NCBI GenBank assembly: GCA_045536565.1
Contig: JAZSNU010000013.1
Span: 32,001-96,000, forward strand
Source of the DNA: Clostridia bacterium
Lineage (GTDB): Bacteria > Bacillota > Clostridia > TANB77 > CAG-465
Direction of reading: 5' to 3'
Length of the DNA stretch: 64,000 nucleotides
A model generated the notes under the pieces. It was not told the DNA's origin and did not search any database. It saw only the letters and a list, made by a program, of their open reading frames with translations. Made by a program: the position numbers and the translations under genes. Position 1 is the stretch's first letter, and each line of letters starts with the position of its first letter. Positions 31,014-38,412 of this stretch are shown here, piece by piece.

Positions 31014-32471
31014 TTATTTCAAATACAATGCTACTCTAAAACCAACTTCTTCTTTATTTAATGCATGTACACCTGCCGATTCATAATGCACATGAAAATT
31101 ATAATTCATAGGCTTTCTTGTTGTTGCACGTTTATGAGTTAAAAATCCTCCTCCTCTGCTAACCCAGAATGCACTCTCTCCACATCTTAAATCTTTATAT
31201 GATTCAGATGTCCACTCCCATACATTACCAGCCAAATCATAAATATTTTTTGCTTTATAGGTTTCGCTACTTCCTGTTTTCTTTAAATAACCGCTATAAT
31301 TTCCCCATGTGCTATCTGAAAAATCAACTTCATCACTAATAAAACTCATTGTAGCATCCCATTGGGTACCTGTACATACCATTGAATAAACAGAGGCCGA
31401 TCCCCTATACATTTGTCTTCCTAAATCAATACAAGCAAATCCAACTGTTGGATCACCATAGCCAGTATTGGCATAATGTGCATAATTAAAAACATATTTA
31501 TTTTTTTTACTTACAACATAACTTGGTGGTCTATCTAAATAATTTGTCCTCTGAGAAGTAAGTTTTTCATCTCCCATTTCGTATCTTGCTATATAAAAGC
31601 CACCATACTTTTCTACACTATCTCTCATATTCATATACTCTGGTAAAATCCCATTAAAATTACCATATATAGTGTAATATGGATCTATAACTCTCCATTC
31701 TTGATTTGCACCATAATCTCTTGCAACATACGAATAATTTACATGAAATTCATTTATATCAGGAACTGGAATCCACACAAATTGATTATAATTTTCTTGC
31801 GCATATTCCTGTTCTTTACCTTCCAAAGAATTTGTTTCATATATTACGAACCCATCATTAATACTTGTTTCTCCTTCATATATTGAGTAAGTAAATCCCG
31901 CTGGCAAAGGTGGATGATTTACATCACCTGGAATTACACCACCGCCCGAAACACTTGTTCCAGTCATTTCTTCTGCGTTTGAAGCACTACTATTAGCTTT
32001 TTCAGTCGTTTCTACAAGTTTGATTTCAATATAGTCATTTTCTTTTGAATAATCGCTTACTATTACTTCATATTTTTTTAAAAGATCGACATTTAATTCC
32101 TCTACTAATATTTTTTCTAGGGATTTCCCTACATTTTCTGGTTTATTACCCTTAGATATTATATCATCTACTGTGATAGTAGTTCCATCCAACTTTTGCA
32201 ACCATATATTATAGTCTGTGGTTTGTGGATTATTAATTTCAGTCATATAATTTGAAAAATATGATAATATTTCATATCCATTTATTGTTCTTTTTTTTAC
32301 ATCATCTACCGATACCGTTCTACTTCCAGTAGGAAGAGATGCATCATATTCTTTTGCTATTTCAGTTATATCTTTAACACTCATCATAAGATTTAAACCT
32401 ACTGATAATGCCACAATAAGAATAAATATATTTACTCCTAATTGTATTGCTTGTTGTAATGATTCATCCAC
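31014..32471 (-). CDS. Minor pilin-like protein with C-terminal FGE-sulfatase/C-type-lectin domain
   Basis: MDESLQQAIQLGVNIF helix; NQFVWIPV, YGGFYIARYE, NIYDLAGNVWEW, SRGG, GFRVALY. Confidence 0.8.
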   Translation of the reverse strand: MDESLQQAIQLGVNIFILIVALSVGLNLMMSVKDITEIAKEYDASLPTGSRTVSVDDVKKRTINGYEILSYFSNYMTEINNPQTTDYNIWLQKLDGTTITVDDIISKGNKPENVGKSLEKILVEELNVDLLKKYEVIVSDYSKENDYIEIKLVETTEKANSSASNAEEMTGTSVSGGGVIPGDVNHPPLPAGFTYSIYEGETSINDGFVIYETNSLEGKEQEYAQENYNQFVWIPVPDINEFHVNYSYVARDYGANQEWRVIDPYYTIYGNFNGILPEYMNMRDSVEKYGGFYIARYEMGDEKLTSQRTNYLDRPPSYVVSKKNKYVFNYAHYANTGYGDPTVGFACIDLGRQMYRGSASVYSMVCTGTQWDATMSFISDEVDFSDSTWGNYSGYLKKTGSSETYKAKNIYDLAGNVWEWTSESYKDLRCGESAFWVSRGGGFLTHKRATTRKPMNYNFHVHYESAGVHALNKEEVGFRVALYLK

Positions 32472-32496
32472 AAAACCTCCCCCTTCCTATATTAAT

Positions 32497-32865
32497 TTAT
32501 TTCCTATTAAAATTTATTATATAAATTCCGTTTTTTTGTTCTAGATTTGAAATATATGGCTTACTATATTCTTCTCTTGTTAATTCTATACTATCAGAAC
32601 AATTCTCGCTTACACATACATCTACCGATTTATCATTTTCATATTTATCAATAGTATTTTGTACATCTATTCCATAAAATTCTGTGTTTGAATCTCTATA
32701 TTTATCAAATTCATCTAGTCTACCTTCAAATGTAATATTTGTTTCCGCTGTTTGTTTGTATAATTGCTTTATTTCTGAAAATTCAAAAATAACAACTGTT
32801 ACTATTAACAAAGTGACAAATATTGATACTCCAATCACGACTGCCTTTACTGCAATTTCATCCAT
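32497..32865 (-). CDS. Small minor pilin-like protein
   Basis: MDEIAVKAVVIGVSIFVTLLIVTVVI N-terminus paralogous to the major pilins; FDKY...G.DV motif. Confidence 0.7.
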   Translation of the reverse strand: MDEIAVKAVVIGVSIFVTLLIVTVVIFEFSEIKQLYKQTAETNITFEGRLDEFDKYRDSNTEFYGIDVQNTIDKYENDKSVDVCVSENCSDSIELTREEYSKPYISNLEQKNGIYIINFNRK

Positions 32866-32917
32866 GTTATACTTCTTCCTCCTAACAAAACATTCTCAAC
32901 TTTTATTATATTAAAAG

Positions 32918-34852
32918 TTAAAAATTATTTTTCCAAGCCTCGCTATTGAAATTTTTATACCCTTCATCTGCTAACTTCGCATTAGCAGCAGCACTAGGAT
33001 AAATCCCGATATTATTATTAAAAAATGTTATATATTGATTTGATTCTATCTTTCTAATTCTAACGTATCCATCACCATTGTTTTGAAAATTTACTGTTTC
33101 CTCAAAAGAATTATCTAACGGATCTCTCATTTGTTCAGAACCTCTTTGTGCTCTTGTATCTCTATGCTCTGGTGAAACATCTCCCGGGTTAACCCAAGAA
33201 TACGAATTACCATCCCACAAATTAATAATATTCTTCCAATGGGCTGTCTTTGTATTATATTTCAAATGCTCTATTTGATTTAAATAAGCAGCATATGTTG
33301 ATTCAACTAAACCCGGTAATGGATATACTGTACTATTATTTGAAAAAGCAAACTCCGTTTCTGGCCAAAGATATGAAAGTCCTCCGCCGCCACCAGCATT
33401 TGGGTCATGTGAAGCACCACCACCATAGTAACCTCCGCCGCCACCACCGGCGCCATCTACTGTTGCATTCCCACCTTGTAAAAGGCCGCCTTTTTCAACA
33501 GCTGGTACTCCATCATACCCAACAGATATAGTTGCAACCCCAGCGGTAGCTCCAATTCCTTCATAACTAGAAGATGCAGGTTTTCCATTTCCGGCACCTC
33601 CAAAATTTCCTCCATCTCCGCCATAACCATTATTTGATTTACTACTACACCCGCCGCCACCACCAGCGACCATTATTCTCGTAAGAAGGGATGCAGTATC
33701 CTTTTCGGTTTCTCCCTTTATTAATCTTATGTCTGTGGCTCCTCCGCCACCATATCCGCCATATGAATTTCCTCCTCCGTTGTATCCACCATTTTCGGTA
33801 TTACCAGATGAATATAGAGTACCTTTTCCGCCTATATACAAATATATAGTAGTATCTTTATGAACATAATAATGTGTTTTTATATATGCTCCAAAGCAGT
33901 AGTTTAGTCGTCTTGTTAGATCATCAGGATTTCCAAAATAATTAGTAGTAGAAGGATAACCGCCAGATGCTCCCCATAATTCTATTTCATATACATTTCC
34001 ACCTTCTAATGTAACTTCTTGAACATCGCCAGTATAATAATACACACTTCCTAAATCTGTTTTAATATAACCATTATTAATCACACCATCATTGTTTACT
34101 GTCCCGCCATATTCAACAAATATTTTAGCTACATCGTCTGATCCAACATTAGCTGTCAACATATTATATAAAACACCTGCCATAGTTTTATTCGAATTTT
34201 TAACAGTAACAATTATTTTGTCACCTTTATTCATAACATATGAATTTTCGTTTTTATATGCATTAGAAATATATGTATCTATTTCTCCTAATCTACACAA
34301 TCTCAAAAATTCTAATTTAGTAAGTCCAGTTCCCCTAAAAATTCTTTCTACTATTTGTTTATCAGAAATTATCTCTTCATTTATAGCTTGCGCTGTTTCT
34401 ATAAGCCAAGGCCCTGCATCATTGAAATAATAAATTTCTGTTCCTACGTGTAATGCCGAGTCACCATCTAGATAATCATCTATATATTTTTCATAATCTA
34501 GAATCATAGAAACTTTCCCTTTTTTGTATGCATTGTTTTCAATTACGTAATTTCCGCTATTATCTTTAAGCTTTTCATAAATATAAATCACGGGGTCATA
34601 TCTTTTTTTTACATGTTCTAGCGTGATTTCATACGAATTATTTGTAGCATATACTCCTGATACAAATTCATTGTACATATCGGGCGAAATATATCCTTTG
34701 TTTGTAGCATTATCAACAAAATTTTGAGTTATTTTTAGTACTAAACTATATGATATGTCATCTATTTTCTCAAATGCAACATATATAGGTACTATAAACA
34801 AAACCAAAACACCTACTATAGCTGATATTATTTTTTGTAATGAAGATTCCAT
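32918..34852 (-). CDS. Minor pilin-like protein with glycine-rich (ALK/LTK-type Gly_rich) domain
   Basis: Pilin-like N-terminus; YEIELWGASGG, GGYNGGG...GGGGATDIRL, RIMVAGGGGG, GGGGGGYYGG. Confidence 0.75.
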   Translation of the reverse strand: MESSLQKIISAIVGVLVLFIVPIYVAFEKIDDISYSLVLKITQNFVDNATNKGYISPDMYNEFVSGVYATNNSYEITLEHVKKRYDPVIYIYEKLKDNSGNYVIENNAYKKGKVSMILDYEKYIDDYLDGDSALHVGTEIYYFNDAGPWLIETAQAINEEIISDKQIVERIFRGTGLTKLEFLRLCRLGEIDTYISNAYKNENSYVMNKGDKIIVTVKNSNKTMAGVLYNMLTANVGSDDVAKIFVEYGGTVNNDGVINNGYIKTDLGSVYYYTGDVQEVTLEGGNVYEIELWGASGGYPSTTNYFGNPDDLTRRLNYCFGAYIKTHYYVHKDTTIYLYIGGKGTLYSSGNTENGGYNGGGNSYGGYGGGGATDIRLIKGETEKDTASLLTRIMVAGGGGGCSSKSNNGYGGDGGNFGGAGNGKPASSSYEGIGATAGVATISVGYDGVPAVEKGGLLQGGNATVDGAGGGGGGYYGGGASHDPNAGGGGGLSYLWPETEFAFSNNSTVYPLPGLVESTYAAYLNQIEHLKYNTKTAHWKNIINLWDGNSYSWVNPGDVSPEHRDTRAQRGSEQMRDPLDNSFEETVNFQNNGDGYVRIRKIESNQYITFFNNNIGIYPSAAANAKLADEGYKNFNSEAWKNNF

Positions 34853-34861
34853 CAATACCTC

Positions 34862-35281
34862 CTAAAATCTAAAAGTTGCTATTATTTTTTCTTTATTCCC
34901 CTCTATCTTTTTTTCTAAATCAAAGAAATAATTTGGTCTTATATTGCTATCACGAACTATTGTGTTACTTGTTGAATAATAATCTGTATTATCAAATATT
35001 AGTTTTTTATCATTAATTTTATCATCAACCGACATGTATACAGTAACAACATCATCGTTCCAATAATACTCCATCAGATGTCTAAGATCTCTTCCCGTTA
35101 TTAGTTCTGATTCAAGTATAGTATCTATATATTTCTTATCCGCATTTGCTATATCATGACGATTAGCCATAGTAGCTGTACTTTTTGCTGTATCATAGAA
35201 GTTTATAATTAAACTTATAGTTATAATCGAAACAAAAACACTTACCCCTATAAATACAGCCCTACTTGCATTTTCATCCAT
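34862..35281 (-). CDS. Small minor pilin-like protein
   Basis: Start moved to MDENASRAVFIGVSVFVSIITISLII (ATG 35281, AAGGTG RBS); ITGRDL motif. Confidence 0.7.
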   Translation of the reverse strand: MDENASRAVFIGVSVFVSIITISLIINFYDTAKSTATMANRHDIANADKKYIDTILESELITGRDLRHLMEYYWNDDVVTVYMSVDDKINDKKLIFDNTDYYSTSNTIVRDSNIRPNYFFDLEKKIEGNKEKIIATFRF

Positions 35282-35371
35282 ATTTATCACCTTTTTATAC
35301 AATTAAATTTTACCATAAAACAGGCTTAAAATATATGTCTCAAAGTATATGTAATATAAATATATTTAATT

Positions 35372-35388
35372 TGTAATATTTTTGTAAT
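35372..35388. promoter_or_regulatory. Direct repeat TGTAAT-N5-TGTAAT (WalR/OmpR-family-type box)
   Basis: TGTAAT-ATTTT-TGTAAT in the divergent intergenic region of the pilin genes. Confidence 0.4.
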
Positions 35389-35458
35389 CATATACATGAA
35401 ACACGGATAATTACTAGCTTTTCTAAACATTATTTCGACATTATCTTTGATAAAAAAC

Positions 35459-35595
35459 TTATGCGCAAAATATCAATTTTGCAAAAACAACACAGCTGGT
35501 TAACACACGAGTTATTTACCGTGTTTAACATATATGTACATATATCTAAACAAAAGATATATTGAGATAAATCTATAAAAATTAAAGGAGGAAAA
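35459..35595 (+). promoter_or_regulatory. Conserved structured leader of pilin A
   Basis: Aligns with 38279-38412 (- strand); conserved hairpins, 16-bp palindrome ATATATGTACATATAT (35530-35545), AAAGGAGG RBS. Confidence 0.65.
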
Positions 35596-35677
35596 GATTA
35601 TGGATAACGCTCAAAAAGCAATTATGATTGGTGTTGGTTTATTTATAACAATCATTATTATTTCAGCAGTACTATTA
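35596..35677 (+). repeat. 82-bp perfect inverted repeat, left arm
   Basis: Identical by manual comparison to the reverse complement of 38197-38278. Confidence 0.92.
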
Positions 35678-36121
35678 ATAGTTAATCTAGGTACTGATTT
35701 AATTGACGAATCAACTGCAAAACTTGATTCAATAAGTTCATCACTACAAGGGTCATTAACAGAAAATTATGATGGTAAAATAATGACTGGATCTCGTGTA
35801 ATAAATGCAATAAAAGAATATGCAAATGGTGGTGAAGTTTCAATTGTTCTTTATAACAAATCGAATGTAGCAGTAGCTTGGACAGGTGCAAAGAAAATTG
35901 GAGATTTAGCTGATGTTTCTAAAATAGGTACTACAGATGTTAAGTTAGCTAATGATTCAACGGGTTTGACAGATTGGGCTGGTGATAAAACTAATTTAAG
36001 TGATTTTTCAAATAATACAAAAGGAGAGGTATATGTAAACCCATCTAAACAATACAAAGTATCAGTTGTAAGAACATCTGCTGATGCAGTTGTAGGAATT
36101 GTATTCCAACCAGTAGCCTAG
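35600..36121 (+). CDS. Major pilin-like protein A (antisense to the operon)
   Basis: MDNAQKAIMIGVGLFITIIIISAVLL; NYDGKIMTGSRV; YVNPSKQY; paralog of 37696-38274. Confidence 0.8.
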   Translation: MDNAQKAIMIGVGLFITIIIISAVLLIVNLGTDLIDESTAKLDSISSSLQGSLTENYDGKIMTGSRVINAIKEYANGGEVSIVLYNKSNVAVAWTGAKKIGDLADVSKIGTTDVKLANDSTGLTDWAGDKTNLSDFSNNTKGEVYVNPSKQYKVSVVRTSADAVVGIVFQPVA

Positions 36122-36135
36122 CTAATTATTATTAA

Positions 36136-37658
36136 AAGTTAATAGTGGGGTGCGGATAACTAAAAAGTTATGGCTGTATAATTTAGGTTGGGGTGTGTAA
36201 AAACACTTCAACCTTTTTATTGCATAAAAATTGCAATTAAATCATTTTTACCTTAAAATGTAGTTGATTAGAAAACAAAGAAAGGTTTTGGTGATTTAAT
36301 TGCGTAAAAATGATATAACAGATTTCTTTAATTTGCAAGAGGTTAAAGTAGATTTTCATAAATGTTCTAAAAGTTTAATTGAACTTTGGATTAAATGTCC
36401 TGTTAAGGAACATATTTGTCCTGTTTGTAATTCTTCTACTTCTCGTATACACGACTACTATACTCGTTCTTTTAACCATATTAAAGTTGGTCAAAAAACT
36501 ACTAGGATATATTACAAGCAGCGCAGATATGTTTGTTTACATTGTGGTAAAAGATTTGCTGAGAAGAATACTTTTATACAGAAATTTTACAGGCATTCCA
36601 ATGATGTTGTTAATACTGTATTTGATCAACTTACTCAGATTCGTAGTCTCTCTCAGATAGGCTATGATAACAATATGTCTGCTCAAAATGTTTCTAGACT
36701 TATGAATAAATTTATGCCTATCTTTCATAATACTACTTCTCTTCCAGAAGCTATTGGTATTGATGAATTTAAAGGTAATGCTGGTGGTAACAAATTTCAA
36801 GTTTATATTACTAATCTTAAAACTGGTAAAGTTATTGATATTATCTCCGCCAGGTCAGAAGATGCTTTGTATAATTTCTTTAGAAAAATTTCTAATCCTA
36901 AAGATGTTAAATTTGTTGCTATGGATTTATCTCTTTTCTTTAAAAGTATTATTGCAGACATTTTTCCTAATGCTAAAATTATTGCTGATACTTTTCATTT
37001 TACTAGACTTATGCATTGGGCCTTAGATAATGTTAGAAAAGATGTTCAAAAAGGATTACCAAAAGATATGCGTATCTACTTTAAACACAGTAGATATGTT
37101 CTTCACAAAAGAATTATCGACTTAAATCCTGATCAATATCATCAACTTACTAATATGCTTGATTACAATGAAAATCTTAGATGGGCTTATTCTATTGTTC
37201 AAAACTTGTTTGAGATTATTGATGAAAAAAATCCTGGTAAGAAAGTTACTCTTTTTAAAGAGTTTATGACATATGCTAGCAATTGTGACTTGCCAGAATT
37301 TAACAAACATATTCAAACTTACTTTAAATGGCATAAATATATTATCAATTCTTTTTATACCAACTATTCTAATGGTATTACAGAAGGTTTAAATACTAAG
37401 ATTAAAACTTTAAAAAGAGTTTCTTTTGGATTTAGAAATTTTCAAAACTTTAGATTAAGAATTTTAATGGCTTGTTCTTAAATCTAATATATTAATTTGT
37501 TTTAATTAAATTAGCCGTTAGGCTTGCGTTAGCATGCCCAAAAATATATATTTCAATTACTTTTTAAGTGTATTAACACTGCATACCTAAAAAGTCCATA
37601 AAAAGTGAGATGCAGATAACTTTTTAGTTATCCGCACCCCAACTATTGACTTAGAGTC
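36136..37658 (+). mobile_element. ISL3-family insertion sequence
   Basis: Perfect 25-bp inverted repeats GGGGTGCGGATAACTAAAAAGTTAT (36147-36171 / 37616-37640), extended by imperfect matches, enclosing a transposase. Confidence 0.85.
36300..37481 (+). CDS. ISL3-family DDE transposase
   Basis: CPVC...C..CG zinc finger, IGIDEF, VAMDLS, DTFHF, SNGITEGLNTKIK.LKR..FGFRNF; intact frame. Confidence 0.93.
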   Translation: MRKNDITDFFNLQEVKVDFHKCSKSLIELWIKCPVKEHICPVCNSSTSRIHDYYTRSFNHIKVGQKTTRIYYKQRRYVCLHCGKRFAEKNTFIQKFYRHSNDVVNTVFDQLTQIRSLSQIGYDNNMSAQNVSRLMNKFMPIFHNTTSLPEAIGIDEFKGNAGGNKFQVYITNLKTGKVIDIISARSEDALYNFFRKISNPKDVKFVAMDLSLFFKSIIADIFPNAKIIADTFHFTRLMHWALDNVRKDVQKGLPKDMRIYFKHSRYVLHKRIIDLNPDQYHQLTNMLDYNENLRWAYSIVQNLFEIIDEKNPGKKVTLFKEFMTYASNCDLPEFNKHIQTYFKWHKYIINSFYTNYSNGITEGLNTKIKTLKRVSFGFRNFQNFRLRILMACS

Positions 37659-37695
37659 TAAATTCTGTATATTTTTTAACTTTTGAATTAATATA

Positions 37696-38274
37696 TTATG
37701 CTGATGGTAAAACAGTTATATCACTAGTTCCTACAAGATCAGAAGGTATAAATATTACTCCAACCATTGCATCACCGTCTACACGAATTACATAAGCATT
37801 GTATCTTGCACTAGTATTTACATAAGTAATTCCTGCAAAATTAACATCAGTAAATCTAGTCATAGCAATAGTAGCAGCATCATCTGAGTTTGTATAATGA
37901 TCTGAGCTGATTTCAGCAGTTCCATCAACAGGATCGATTGTTATTTGTATATCAGCACCATTAGCTTGACCAGCTAAATTTCTAGCACCAACACTTGCAA
38001 CAGAATTTCCATCATCATTAACTAGAACTATTGATAGGTCTGTTGCTGTCATGTATTGTTGTATAGCACCTCTTACTTGTGTTCCTGATACTACTTTAGC
38101 ATCATAGTTTTGTAATATTTGGTTTTGTAATGATGATGACATTGAACTTAAATTACTTGTTGCGTCATCAACTAATCCAGTACCCAAGTTTACTACTAAT
38201 AGTACTGCTGAAATAATAATGATTGTTATAAATAAACCAACACCAATCATAATTGCTTTTTGAGCGTTATCCAT
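37696..38274 (-). CDS. Major pilin-like protein B (co-oriented with the operon)
   Basis: ATG 38274; first 26 residues identical to pilin A, divergent C-terminal domain; NYDAKVVSGTQV, YVNTSARY. Confidence 0.8.
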   Translation of the reverse strand: MDNAQKAIMIGVGLFITIIIISAVLLVVNLGTGLVDDATSNLSSMSSSLQNQILQNYDAKVVSGTQVRGAIQQYMTATDLSIVLVNDDGNSVASVGARNLAGQANGADIQITIDPVDGTAEISSDHYTNSDDAATIAMTRFTDVNFAGITYVNTSARYNAYVIRVDGDAMVGVIFIPSDLVGTSDITVLPSA

Positions 38275-38278
38275 AATC
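38197..38278 (-). repeat. 82-bp perfect inverted repeat, right arm
   Basis: Reverse complement identical to 35596-35677. Confidence 0.92.
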
Positions 38279-38412
38279 ATTTCCTCCTTTTATTTTATAG
38301 ATTTCTCTCATATATATCTTTTGTATAGATATATGTACATATATGTTAAACACGAGATATATTCGTGTATTAACCATTTTGTTTTTTTGTGCAAAAATGC
38401 TATTTTGCGTAA
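38279..38412 (-). promoter_or_regulatory. Conserved structured leader of pilin B
   Basis: Entire tadBC-pilin intergenic region; 29 bp (38326-38354) identical to 35520-35548. Confidence 0.65.

Noticed and set aside
35434-35440. Spo0A box TGTCGAA near the pilin genes (similar 7-mers near 12285 and 57019)
   Set aside because: Single 7-mers are expected several times by chance in 64 kb; no supporting cluster.
35459-35595. c-di-GMP riboswitch in the pilin leader (as for C. difficile pilA1)
   Set aside because: Could not find the class I (GGCAAA/GNRA-receptor) or class II consensus; retained only as an unknown structured leader.
31014-37695. A complete DGR within the window
   Set aside because: No reverse transcriptase, Avd or adenine-mismatched template repeat found.
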